A program made the position numbers and the translations under genes. Of a stretch of 64,000 bases of DNA, positions 19,507-28,668 are shown piece after piece; positions within the stretch are counted from its first letter, which is position 1; every line of letters starts with the position of its first letter. The stretch is from an uncultured Gammaproteobacteria bacterium (lineage in GTDB: Bacteria > Patescibacteriota > Patescibacteriia > Magasanikbacterales > JBBTQS01), in assembly GCA_964627525.1 (NCBI GenBank), contig CAZVIA010000005.1:6078-70077 (forward strand). Direction: 5' to 3'. Under the pieces are notes generated by a model that searched no databases, had not been told where the DNA came from, and saw only the letters and a program-made list of their open reading frames with translations.

Positions 19507-20532
19507 TTATAAAAACTTTTTGTCTTTAAAAACTTCTTGCAAAAATACTTTAACTGCAGTCGCAACAGGAATTGCCAACAAAGCACCTAGAACACCAGCA
19601 AGTTTTGCACCAATTAAAATTGCAATAATACTAATTAGTGGATTTAAGCCAACTGCTTTTTGCATTACTTTTGGAACAAGTAAATTATTTTCAATAACTT
19701 GTAGCAACCAGAAAAAGATCAAAACAATTAGCGCGCGAACTGGTGAATCAGTAAATGCAAAAAAGATTGCAGGAATTGCTGCCAACACCGGACCAACATA
19801 TGGAATAATTTCAAACAAACCTGCGATCAGCGCAAGCACAAGTGCATATTCTAAACCAATAATTGTAAGACCAACATAAGTCAGCAAACCAATAATCAAA
19901 CTTAGTGCCAACTGCCCTCTCAACCAATGCCCAAGCATTACTCTGATTTTTGTAAAAATTCTATTTACAAATGGCTGATACTGATCTGGAATAAGTGCGC
20001 GAGTTGCTTTTTTAAGACTGTCCTCTTGCACAACCATGTAAAATGTCAAAACCATCACAAGAATAAATGAAAAAACTTTTCCAAAAAATCCTGAAACTGT
20101 TGTAAATAAATTTGAAAACGCACCTTGTAGCCCAGCGCCAAAAGCATTTACACTTGATTGAATGTCGCTAGTGATTCCATACTCTGTTGAAAATTGTTTA
20201 AGTGCTTCAAAACTTGACGCTATGCTGTCCCATTGTGTTGCAAGATTTTTTGCTAGTGCTTTAGCTTCAAAAGTAATTGGAGGAACTAACATTGATCCAA
20301 CCAATACAAAAACTCCTACAAACAAAATATAAATTACAATAACTGAAAGTGCTCTTGGAATTTTTTTGCGATGAGCCCAATCTGCAAATGGATCAATTAG
20401 TGATGCAAAAATTAGTGAAACAAAAATTATTAAAATTATGTCTCTCACTAAAAACAAGAGCCAAAGTAAAATTAAAGTTAAAACAATTTTAATAATTGTT
20501 TTTGTACTTATGGTTACAGCGTATTCTTTCAT
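19507..20532 (-). CDS. AI-2E family transporter (PerM/UPF0118)
   Basis: ~340 aa, 8-TM pattern typical of the family. Confidence 0.65.
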   Translation of the reverse strand: MKEYAVTISTKTIIKIVLTLILLWLLFLVRDIILIIFVSLIFASLIDPFADWAHRKKIPRALSVIVIYILFVGVFVLVGSMLVPPITFEAKALAKNLATQWDSIASSFEALKQFSTEYGITSDIQSSVNAFGAGLQGAFSNLFTTVSGFFGKVFSFILVMVLTFYMVVQEDSLKKATRALIPDQYQPFVNRIFTKIRVMLGHWLRGQLALSLIIGLLTYVGLTIIGLEYALVLALIAGLFEIIPYVGPVLAAIPAIFFAFTDSPVRALIVLIFFWLLQVIENNLLVPKVMQKAVGLNPLISIIAILIGAKLAGVLGALLAIPVATAVKVFLQEVFKDKKFL

Positions 20533-20581
20533 ATATTTTTATACTATTTTGTACTAGACTGTTTTTATTGTACCGTATATA

Positions 20582-21058
20582 GTGTTGTTACACAATGAAT
20601 TTATTTGTATGGCAAAGTTGGCAATAAACAAAAAAGCTAGATTTGATTATGAAATTTTAGACACGCTTGAGGCGGGTGTTATTTTGAATGGCCAAGAAGC
20701 TAAATCTGTAAGAGAAGGTGGATTGAGATTGGTTGAGTCTTTTGTAACTTTTAAGGGTGAGGAAGCTTTTATAACAAATGCACACATTAATCGTTACAGC
20801 AAAGCAAGTTCGCATTTGGAACATGACCCAACTCGCCCGCGAAAATTATTGTTGCATAAAAAACAAATTGCTCGGCTGATTGGAAAAAAATCTGTTGAGG
20901 GCTTGACAATTGTGCCTTTGTGTGCTTATATTAAAGGAGGAAAAATTAAAATAGAAATTGGAATTGCGCGCGGTAAAAAGAAACATGACAAGCGCGCGGT
21001 TTTGAAAAAACGCGACACTGATAGAGAAATCAGAAGAGCCCTTAAAAAAAACCTCTAA
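20582..21058 (+). CDS. smpB: SsrA-binding protein SmpB (probable true start at 20609, MAKLAINKK)
   Basis: NKKARFDYEILDTLEAGVILNGQEAKSVREGGLRLVESFV matches the SmpB core; immediately upstream of tmRNA. Confidence 0.85.
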   Translation: MLLHNEFICMAKLAINKKARFDYEILDTLEAGVILNGQEAKSVREGGLRLVESFVTFKGEEAFITNAHINRYSKASSHLEHDPTRPRKLLLHKKQIARLIGKKSVEGLTIVPLCAYIKGGKIKIEIGIARGKKKHDKRAVLKKRDTDREIRRALKKNL

Positions 21059-21060
21059 AA

Positions 21061-21133
21061 TTCGCATACTAATTTTGTACCGTTTGCCCGTAGAGGGTGG
21101 TCGAAGGCCATAGGTGCAAAATTAGTATGCGAA
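21061..21133 (+). terminator. Perfect 17-bp hairpin (TTCGCATACTAATTTTG / CAAAATTAGTATGCGAA) with 39-nt GC-rich loop plus TTTT, between smpB and ssrA
   Basis: Read directly; ends 7 nt before tmRNA GGGG. Confidence 0.55.
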
Positions 21134-21140
21134 TTTTACT

Positions 21141-21520
21141 GGGGATGACAGGCATCGATGGGAGGTTCGTGTAATTTTCTTGCGTATCAAGTTTGTATGT
21201 TCTTGTAAAAAATATTCAAACGATTACGTGCAAACGTTTTCAACAAAGTGAAAAACGCTTTCCGCGTTCCTTCACTTTCAATGGTAGCAGCTTAAAAGCA
21301 GCAACCCATCGCGTCCTGACGTCTCTAGGGGCAACGCGGTGTTATAATGAGACTTAGGTTTGCGAGACTTCTCCACTTGTAAACTGAAATAATTGGAGAT
21401 AGACATTACAAGACTTTGATTGTTTGTTGCTTGTAGTGCGACCCCTTCAAACAATCTACATACGTAGATAAGTTTATTGCATACTCACCAGACGCGGGTT
21501 CGAATCCCGCCATCTCCACA
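21141..21520 (+). ncRNA. ssrA: tmRNA (SsrA); predicted tag ANVFNKVKNAFRVPSLSMVAA
   Basis: 5' GGGGATGACAGGCATCGATGGGAGGTTCG and 3' GACGCGGGTTCGAATCCCGCCATCTCCA(CA) match the tmRNA tRNA-like-domain consensus; in-frame tag ends GTA GCA GCT TAA. Confidence 0.85.
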
Positions 21521-21602
21521 TTTTTAAATCACAAACGACCAGAGGTTTTCTTCTGGTCGTTCGTTGGTTGGAATGCTTGGTGTTCACACCTGTTGCCAAG
21601 CG

Positions 21603-21815
21603 CTAGCGCCTAGCTGCCGGAGCAAGCACAACCATGGTACAGTTGGTACACAAGTACACATCATGCGGACCATTCCTGTGACGGAAATAGCAGTCGTGCA
21701 CTCCCCCACAGTTATGGCAGTACAAAGGAACTCGTCCGTCCATGACCACAGCCGGATGGTGTGTCTTGGTTGTTTGACCTGCAATAGGCAAAACCGCGAT
21801 TGATGCTGAGCTCAT
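21603..21815 (-). CDS. Small Cys/His-rich protein (71 aa; CHNCGG...CTNC), high GC, strong RBS GGAGGAG
   Basis: MSSASIAVLPIAGQTTKTHHPAVVMDGRVPLYCHNCGGVHDCYFRHRNGPHDVYLCTNCTMVV; ~58% GC island right after the ssrA terminator. Confidence 0.45.
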   Translation of the reverse strand: MSSASIAVLPIAGQTTKTHHPAVVMDGRVPLYCHNCGGVHDCYFRHRNGPHDVYLCTNCTMVVLAPAARR

Positions 21816-21942
21816 TTCTCCTCCCTTGGTTTTTTCACCTCCAAGCCCTGCAAATCGCCCAAAGTATATCATATTTATTTTTCTGATGCACCATGTTGAT
21901 ATTTTTTACTAATTTTGCTATACTTTTTGCGTAGAAAACTTT

Positions 21943-22548
21943 ATGAGAATTTCAAGAAAAAAACGGCCAAAACATGAGACAAAAATGCGATACAGATTTA
22001 ATCGCCATATTCGCGCAGAAGAGGTGCGTGTAATTGGTGTTAATGGAGAACATGTTGGAAATATTCCAACACAAGAGGCTGTTGCATTAGCTGAATCACA
22101 AGGATTGGATTTGGTTGAAATTAATCCAAAAGCACAACCACCTGTTTGTCGCATTGTTGAGTATGGTCAATTTAAATATCAACAAGAAAAAGAAGAGCGA
22201 ATGAAGCGTGCTCACCAAAAAGCAACTGAAGTTAAAGGAATTAGAATTAGTGCAAGAATTAGTGAACATGATCGAGATACTCGCCTTAAACAATCTGTAA
22301 AATTTTTGTCAAAAGGAAATAAATTAAAACTTGAACTAATTTTGCGTGGTCGTGAAAACGCTCAAAAAGACAGGGCAGCTGATATTGTGAAAAGTTTTAT
22401 TGAAAGTTTAAAGGAATATGCAGATATAATTGTTGAACAAGAGGTTAAACGTCAAGGTAATAAGTTTACTGCATTAGTGGGCGGAGTTGTTAAGAAAACA
22501 GACAAAAAATCGCCTGAAACTGACGCAGAAGAAGCTTCCACAGACTAA
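21943..22548 (+). CDS. infC: Translation initiation factor IF-3
   Basis: EVRVIGVNGEHVGNIPTQEAVALAESQGLDLVEINPKAQPPVCRIVEYGQFKYQ. Confidence 0.85.
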   Translation: MRISRKKRPKHETKMRYRFNRHIRAEEVRVIGVNGEHVGNIPTQEAVALAESQGLDLVEINPKAQPPVCRIVEYGQFKYQQEKEERMKRAHQKATEVKGIRISARISEHDRDTRLKQSVKFLSKGNKLKLELILRGRENAQKDRAADIVKSFIESLKEYADIIVEQEVKRQGNKFTALVGGVVKKTDKKSPETDAEEASTD

Positions 22549-22600
22549 TCTTGCAATTTTTTAGTGGATATTGTATAGTATTGCCACTGATTTTATTGAT

Positions 22601-22798
22601 ATGCCTAAGTTAAAAACACACAAAGCTACGGCTAAAAGAATTAAAAAAACAAAATCTGGTAAGCTGATTAAACGTACTGCTGGCCAGGATCATTTTAATG
22701 CACGCGAAACCGGTAAAAAAATGCGCAAGAAACGTCGTGACACTAGCGTGAGTCCTGCAAAACGTCGTGTGATTGAAAAATCAATGCCATACGCATAA
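22601..22798 (+). CDS. rpmI: 50S ribosomal protein L35
   Basis: MPKLKTHKATAKRIKKTKSGKLIKR; infC-rpmI-rplT synteny. Confidence 0.85.
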   Translation: MPKLKTHKATAKRIKKTKSGKLIKRTAGQDHFNARETGKKMRKKRRDTSVSPAKRRVIEKSMPYA

Positions 22799-22821
22799 AA
22801 ATTTTGGAGTAAAAGAGTAAT

Positions 22822-23166
22822 ATGCCTAGAGTAAAAAGAGGAAAAGTTAGACAAAAAAAACGAGCAGCAATTCTTAAACAAACAAAAGGATTTCGCTGGG
22901 GTCGTAAAAAATTAATCAAGCTGGCAAAAACAGCTATTCTTAAATCTGGTCAACATTCTTATATTGACCGCAAAAAGAAGAAAAGAGTTAATCGTCGTTT
23001 GTGGAATTTGAGAATTAATGCAGGAGCGCGTGAACATGGAATGACTTATTCAACTTTTATTTCTGCTTTAAAGAAAAAAGGATCTACTTTAGATCGCAAA
23101 GTGTTGAGTGGTTTGGCAAAAGATCATCCTACAATTTTTGAGAAGATAGTTGGGTTCGTGAAATAA
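22822..23166 (+). CDS. rplT: 50S ribosomal protein L20
   Basis: MPRVKRGKVRQKKRAAILKQTKGFRWGRKK...RRLWNLRINAGAREHG. Confidence 0.9.
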   Translation: MPRVKRGKVRQKKRAAILKQTKGFRWGRKKLIKLAKTAILKSGQHSYIDRKKKKRVNRRLWNLRINAGAREHGMTYSTFISALKKKGSTLDRKVLSGLAKDHPTIFEKIVGFVK

Positions 23167-24334
23167 ACAATAAATTCAACCCCATCAAAACAAATAAACT
23201 AATAGTCGCTACCACAAAACTGATATTAAAGACATTTACTAGCAAGGCCAGCACACCATACAAAATTACTTTAAAAATAATTGCAAAAGTATTTCTATAA
23301 GTTGATGCACTCAGTGCATCAATTTTTGCTCCACGTTCAAAAATATCGCTATCCAAAGGAACTAAAACCAAAACACTAAACAAACCAATTAAGAAAACCG
23401 TCACATACAACATAATATCAGCCTGAATTGTTAAACGAAGAATCCAAGTAAGTGCCACCAACCCCGCACCAAGCGCAATCATCTTACTTCTGTCCCCCTT
23501 CTTAATATTTCCCGCAAAATAAGTAATTATCATTGTTGTGACCGCAACAATAACTGGTAAATAAGCAACAGATTCTAGTGTTCCAAAGATCACATAAATA
23601 AACAAAGGCCAAATCACTGACTCAGCAGAACCCTGAATTCCCCAAATCATCATTGATGCATAATTTTTCTTCTCACGAATATCTTTGAAAAAAACCTTAA
23701 AAGGTTTTGTTTTTATTTTTGGCTTATCATGCACATGTTTCATTTTATACAATGGCCAAATAGACAAAGCCAAAATTCCAGCAGAAACTAAAATCAATAA
23801 TTTTTGACTAATAAAAATCAAAATCAAAGCACCTGCGATTGGCGCTAAAATTCCCGCAATAGTTCTAACAATATAAAGTATGCTCGTGCTTTTACTTGAA
23901 TTTCTTTTTTTACCTTTTTTATTTTTAGTACTTTGCATGAACAAATACAAATACCCTATCCAATAAAAAGCATCATGAATCGCTGCAAAAACAGCAAGCG
24001 CAAAAAGTGTTGACCATGTAAAGTTTAAACTATAAAAAATTGCAAAAAACACAATGCTGGCCAGCGAACCAATTATAACTACCCAGCGCGCACCAATTTT
24101 TGGCAATAAATATTTTACAAAAAATCCCAACGGCAAATCTATCAGCAAAAATATAAAAAAGAAAATCATTACATCGCCGATTTCCAATCCATTTAACAAA
24201 AATAAAACCGGAATAAAAACAGCAATCAATGCACGCGCAAAAACATGAAGCCAAACAGATAGCTCAAAAAGCCAAAATTCTGAATGCATTAATTCATGAA
24301 TTCTGTTGTGATGAAATGTGTGAAACAATTGCAT
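23129..24334 (-). CDS. Hypothetical polytopic membrane protein (polysaccharide polymerase/flippase-like?)
   Basis: More than 10 TM helices; adjacent to a GT2 gene. Confidence 0.45.
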   Translation of the reverse strand: MQLFHTFHHNRIHELMHSEFWLFELSVWLHVFARALIAVFIPVLFLLNGLEIGDVMIFFFIFLLIDLPLGFFVKYLLPKIGARWVVIIGSLASIVFFAIFYSLNFTWSTLFALAVFAAIHDAFYWIGYLYLFMQSTKNKKGKKRNSSKSTSILYIVRTIAGILAPIAGALILIFISQKLLILVSAGILALSIWPLYKMKHVHDKPKIKTKPFKVFFKDIREKKNYASMMIWGIQGSAESVIWPLFIYVIFGTLESVAYLPVIVAVTTMIITYFAGNIKKGDRSKMIALGAGLVALTWILRLTIQADIMLYVTVFLIGLFSVLVLVPLDSDIFERGAKIDALSASTYRNTFAIIFKVILYGVLALLVNVFNISFVVATISLFVLMGLNLLFISRTQLSSQKL

Positions 24335-24346
24335 GCAAAAATTATA

Positions 24347-25057
24347 TCATTTTCGCGCGATTCTTAACACATCAATAATAAACCTAAAACCATCTGAAGT
24401 GCGCACACTTGATTTTGGATTATATTTAAAAGTCACTGGATGAGAAATAATTTGCAAATCCTTATCACGACATTTTTTTATTAACTCAACATCAAAAGCA
24501 AATTTGTCCTCTTGTAAATTAGGAAAAATTTGTTCAGCAATTTTTTTATCAAAAGCTTTTATGCCACATTGTGTATCAACAAAACCAAGACCCACAACTG
24601 ATGCAACAAATTTTTGTAAAATCCGAGAAATGAACGAACGAAATCGCGCATACAAAGAAGGATGGTTTGCAGCTTTTCTCTGACCAATAACTAAGTTGCA
24701 CTCCCCTTTTAAAATTTCAAACATTTGCTCAAGTGCTTCCAAAGGAAAAACTAAATCAGCGTCAATAAAAGCATAGTGCTGCGCGCGCACTGTTCGCACC
24801 GCATGACGAATTGCAAAACCCTTGCCTTTATTTTTTTTATAAGACAAAGCCATGCAACGCAAATTATAATCAGCTTGCTCTGGAAAATTTGTAATTTTTT
24901 GATGAGTTTTATCCTGACTTCCATCATTTACAAAAACAATTACGATCTGCTTATCACGCCATTTGGATTTTTGAAAAAAATTAATTAACTGGACGTATGT
25001 GTGGTCCAATTGTTCTTCTTCATTAAAGCAAGGAATTATAATTGCAAAGTCATACAT
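24347..25057 (-). CDS. Glycosyltransferase family 2
   Basis: IIIPCFNEEEQL...VFVNDGSQDKT...FIDADLV (DxD). Confidence 0.75.
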   Translation of the reverse strand: MYDFAIIIPCFNEEEQLDHTYVQLINFFQKSKWRDKQIVIVFVNDGSQDKTHQKITNFPEQADYNLRCMALSYKKNKGKGFAIRHAVRTVRAQHYAFIDADLVFPLEALEQMFEILKGECNLVIGQRKAANHPSLYARFRSFISRILQKFVASVVGLGFVDTQCGIKAFDKKIAEQIFPNLQEDKFAFDVELIKKCRDKDLQIISHPVTFKYNPKSSVRTSDGFRFIIDVLRIARK

Positions 25058-25176
25058 AGTGCTGAAAGTATATCAATATCATGCTATTTTTAGCAAAAAG
25101 AAAAACCCTGGGCATGGAGGATTTATTGAGCAATGCTCTTATCCCAGGGTTTTCTGCACCATTACAGCGCAACTTG

Positions 25177-26130
25177 TTAGTCTATTGGTGTGGAGCTATT
25201 CAAGCCACCCCACATGCCCAACAATTCATTCTTGTGTCTGTAGCGTTTGTTTTGCCACGCTTGAAACTGCCTTTCATCCATAAGTGGTATGTCTTCAAAA
25301 CACAACTCTTCTACTTCCACGTAAAAGGTTTTGTCTAGAATTTTTTCCAAATCCCAGATTGTGTGACACAAGATCCCAAAACCCCAAGTCACATCAAAGA
25401 CACGGACACCACTCATTCCACCACAAAACAAAGTGTGCAAAATCGTGAGCTCTGAACCACTTCGCGGCTGACGCGTGAACTTGAGCCAATGAGCATGAAG
25501 TGAAAACTTCTTGTGATCACTGGCCATGCTTTTTGGTTTTGGCCGACCAGTGTCTGGATGCAAGATCATTGTGGTGCCATGAGTAAACACCAATGGAAAT
25601 CTCTGCTGTACTTTTTGCAAAGATTCCGCACGCTTGTCCCTATTAATAGAAATCATCGTACCTAGTACAGACAAAAATCCACCAATCGGTGAAAACTGAT
25701 TTTTGGTTGCCATCACAGCGCCAACTCGCCTGTTACTTAGGTAATTAGCAAAAGGACTGTTTACGCCACGCATTAGCGCAACTTCATTCAAACTGTGAGC
25801 ATACAATCCATAAGCTGGACCAATCTCACCAGTAGTTGGATGATTTGTTGTAAGAAAAACCCTGTCACCAGGATCAATACTCACCTTTTTCAGGATTTTG
25901 ATCTTTGTGCCCAAAATCTTTATCCAACAATGCCTAGTTGCCACACCAGTCCACAACGTTGGAATTCTGTTAAAAGGATTGAACTGAAACTTTTTGTCCA
26001 AAATCCTTCCTTGCAAAACCCAGTAATACACCATGCCAACTACCCATGGTATAAAACCAAGAAACACGAAGTAAAAACAGAACCAGAACACAGCCTTGCA
26101 AATTCGCCACTTGTTTCTGACTTTCATCAC
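25177..26130 (-). CDS. Membrane protein, possible lysophospholipid acyltransferase (PlsC/LPLAT)-like; low confidence
   Basis: N-terminal TM helices; NHPTTGE (H-x4-acidic) reminiscent of LPLAT block I. Confidence 0.35.
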   Translation of the reverse strand: MMKVRNKWRICKAVFWFCFYFVFLGFIPWVVGMVYYWVLQGRILDKKFQFNPFNRIPTLWTGVATRHCWIKILGTKIKILKKVSIDPGDRVFLTTNHPTTGEIGPAYGLYAHSLNEVALMRGVNSPFANYLSNRRVGAVMATKNQFSPIGGFLSVLGTMISINRDKRAESLQKVQQRFPLVFTHGTTMILHPDTGRPKPKSMASDHKKFSLHAHWLKFTRQPRSGSELTILHTLFCGGMSGVRVFDVTWGFGILCHTIWDLEKILDKTFYVEVEELCFEDIPLMDERQFQAWQNKRYRHKNELLGMWGGLNSSTPID

Positions 26131-26230
26131 CCCCCTCCTCCTTGTTGCGATTGTTCATGTGATTATTACCACATGAAAATTTATCCTAACAAACCAATCC
26201 CAGCCTGTCAAACAGCAATAATTAAAAAAC

Positions 26231-26959
26231 TTAATTTATTATTTTTTCAAAAATTTTATTTTGGTAAACCTTGTGCTTTAAAACATATCTCTCTGCTTTT
26301 TCTGGTTTCCCATCTTTCCCTCTTTTTCCACTTTTCACAGATTTTTTTTCTAAACTATTTGAATAAAAAATTACCTTAAAATTTCCTTTTAAAAAACCCT
26401 TGGCTTTTAACGGCATTCGCATTCCAGCGCTATTTTTTATAAAATTTGAGACTCCTGTTTTAAATCCAGAATGTTTATATGCGTCATTTATTAATTGTGT
26501 ACAAAAAAATTCTTTCTCTCCTGGGACAAACTCAAAATCATATGGCTTGCCAAGTTGCTTGCTTACAAAATCAATTGATTTTGTTACTTGGCTTTGTGTT
26601 ATATTTTTTGGCCGAAGAATCATTAAAGTATCGTACTCTTTAAAAAGTTTTACAAATTTCATTTCTTGAACACCATCTGCAATTGAATGTACGAGTTTTT
26701 TATTCCCAACGTACAAAAGTGAGTGAGACACAAAATCATGGGTAACTAAGGACATTATTCTTGTATGCCCAGCAACTAAAACAAGGTCACCTGGCTGAAT
26801 AACTTTTCTTGATCGCTTAAAATCTTTTTTTCTTAGAAAATTTTTTCTTTGAAAAATCTTTGTCACCACAATCAAAAAAATAATATTGAACAGGATTTTT
26901 TTAATCCAACTTTTTTCTTTATGAAAATTTTTTATAATGTGGTGTCTGTAACTAAGCAT
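26231..26959 (-). CDS. YiiX-like permuted papain-fold protein (DUF830 family)
   Basis: N-terminal TM; GDLVLVAGH...LLYVG...YDFEFVPGEKEFFCTQLI pattern (His upstream, Cys downstream). Confidence 0.5.
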   Translation of the reverse strand: MLSYRHHIIKNFHKEKSWIKKILFNIIFLIVVTKIFQRKNFLRKKDFKRSRKVIQPGDLVLVAGHTRIMSLVTHDFVSHSLLYVGNKKLVHSIADGVQEMKFVKLFKEYDTLMILRPKNITQSQVTKSIDFVSKQLGKPYDFEFVPGEKEFFCTQLINDAYKHSGFKTGVSNFIKNSAGMRMPLKAKGFLKGNFKVIFYSNSLEKKSVKSGKRGKDGKPEKAERYVLKHKVYQNKIFEKIIN

Positions 26960-26968
26960 ATTTATAAA

Positions 26969-27244
26969 TCACAATCTCCTTTTATAATCATCTTGTCCTT
27001 TGCGAAGAAATATATCCAAAACTTCTACAATATTTTTCTTAGAAATTATAAAATACAAAACTCTCCAACGTCCAATTCTAATTCTAAATGCCATTTGTTT
27101 TACACCAACAATACGTCGTGTTTGGGGGTGAGAAAAAGGATTTGTAGTTAATTCTTCTAATTTATTTAAAATAATTTGCTGCGTCTTTTTATCTATTTTT
27201 TTAAACTCTTTTTCAAACCTAGCACGAAAAATAATTTCGTACAT
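26969..27244 (-). CDS. RelE/ParE-family toxin
   Basis: ~91 aa; MAFRIRIGRWRVLYFI resembles the RelE/StbE core. Confidence 0.65.
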   Translation of the reverse strand: MYEIIFRARFEKEFKKIDKKTQQIILNKLEELTTNPFSHPQTRRIVGVKQMAFRIRIGRWRVLYFIISKKNIVEVLDIFLRKGQDDYKRRL

Positions 27245-27249
27245 ACTAA

Positions 27250-27483
27250 TTATAAATTACAACGTGAACGCAACTCTTTCATGCTGTATGTTTTTTGTTT
27301 GCGAGTATCTTTATATGCTTCTAAAAATCTTTTGCGATCTTCTTTAACATCTAAAACATACTCACGAAGCGCATTACGCATGAGTTCACTTCTGGTTTGA
27401 TCCATTTGTGCAGAAAGGTCGTCAATTAATTGAGTCATACCTTTTGGCAAAGAAATAGATAAAATTTGAGTTTTTCTTGACAT
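27250..27483 (-). CDS. Ribbon-helix-helix (CopG-like) antitoxin, start at MSRKTQ
   Basis: Small basic N-terminus, 4 nt upstream of the toxin gene; classic TA arrangement. Confidence 0.55.
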   Translation of the reverse strand: MSRKTQILSISLPKGMTQLIDDLSAQMDQTRSELMRNALREYVLDVKEDRKRFLEAYKDTRKQKTYSMKELRSRCNL

Positions 27484-27548
27484 AAAAGTGTAATACTTAG
27501 TATTAACATTTAAACTATAAAACAATCCTCAACCCATGTCAATAAGTT

Positions 27549-28169
27549 TTATCCTTTTATAACTTTGTATTGATCAAGGCAATATTCAAAAACTTCTAAC
27601 AAAACTTTATCCCACTGAAAATGTTTTCTTTTTTTCTTATCAATCACATCTTCATCAAAACCATAAAGCTCATGTTTTCCAATTGTAATTTTTGGCAAAT
27701 CTATTTCATGTAATAAACCTGCGATAGAATCAACACTTTTTGCAAATTTAGCATCTAAAGTTTCATGATTCTCAAATTCCTGAAAATATTTTTTTAAATT
27801 TTCATGCAAAACACCCATTGCCGCTACAAATTCTTTATCACCTTGTTCTTTTGTTTTTTTAAACATTGGAATATCACCCAAAACAGTTTCGCCAATATCA
27901 TGAATTGAAAGCATTATTAAAACTCTTCCCAAATCAACCTTAGAACTGTTTTCAATATGTGGATGTAAAAATGTGGCTATTATTGGCAAATGCCCCACAT
28001 GTTCAATCAATGGCTCACGAAATGATTTGTTTTCATAATCAAAACTTTTCAGGCCACTTTTTTCAAAAATATTTTCATAACGTTCACGCGTCACAATACA
28101 GCGATCCACATTTGCGTATTTTGTTTGAAGTTTCATTAAATTTTCCACCAAATCTTTTGTGTTGTTCAT
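27549..28169 (-). CDS. HD-domain phosphohydrolase (YfbR-like 5'-nucleotidase family)
   Basis: HVGHLPIIATFLHPH ... SIHDIGETVLGD (H...HD...D). Confidence 0.7.
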   Translation of the reverse strand: MNNTKDLVENLMKLQTKYANVDRCIVTRERYENIFEKSGLKSFDYENKSFREPLIEHVGHLPIIATFLHPHIENSSKVDLGRVLIMLSIHDIGETVLGDIPMFKKTKEQGDKEFVAAMGVLHENLKKYFQEFENHETLDAKFAKSVDSIAGLLHEIDLPKITIGKHELYGFDEDVIDKKKRKHFQWDKVLLEVFEYCLDQYKVIKG

Positions 28170-28207
28170 ATGTGACTATTATATGGGAATATTGTGTATA
28201 AAACAAA

Positions 28208-28233
28208 ACACCCTGCTTAAAAAAGGGTGTTTC
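28208..28233. terminator. Hairpin AAACACCC-tgcttaaaaaa-GGGTGTTT with flanking A/T runs (bidirectional)
   Basis: Read directly. Confidence 0.5.
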
Positions 28234-28258
28234 TTTTCGAGTGCGGATCGGACGGGAC
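28234..28258 (-). repeat. 25-nt exact duplicate of the tRNA-Asp 3' end plus trailer (ttttcgagtgcggatcggacgggac); att-like scar
   Basis: Identical to 28424-28448, which spans the 3' 16 nt of the tRNA and 9 nt of trailer. Confidence 0.8.
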
Positions 28259-28432
28259 ATTTTTCGGTTGGCTTTGCCAACCTCAAAAAGAATCCTCCTG
28301 CGCCTCGGAAGACATAAAATAAATTTTAGTCTTCGCTCACCTTAGTCAGCTTCCGAACCCCTGGGTTCTCGCCCCAACCAATCCCATATTCAAAAAGAAA
28401 TACCCCACTTGTGGAGTATTTATTTTCGAGTG

Positions 28433-28506
28433 CGGATCGGACGGGACTCGAACCCGCGACCTCCGCCGTGACAGGGCGGCATTCTAACCAGCTGAACTAC
28501 CGATCC
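28433..28506 (-). tRNA. tRNA-Asp (anticodon GTC)
   Basis: rc gives GGATCGGTAGTTCAGCTGGTTAGAATGCCGCCCTGTCACGGCGGAGGTCGCGGGTTCGAGTCCCGTCCGATCCG; cloverleaf with loop CUGUCAC; near-identical to canonical bacterial tRNA-Asp. Confidence 0.85.
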
Positions 28507-28668
28507 AAAGAATTTTTTGTGTGCCAACACTATAATATATTACTGTATTTTTGTCCAGCACCAACTCAAACTTAATTTAAAAGAAAACAGACCCTCTACA
28601 CGTTAATGTGTATCAGGTCTGCCAGTTAGGAGGAGGTTTTGCAGAACTTCATGTTCTGCGCGGACCTA

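Noticed and set aside
21564-21803. 79-aa plus-strand ORF in the high-GC patch after ssrA
   Set aside because: The overlapping minus-strand 71-aa ORF has a strong GGAGGAG RBS at correct spacing; the plus-strand one does not.
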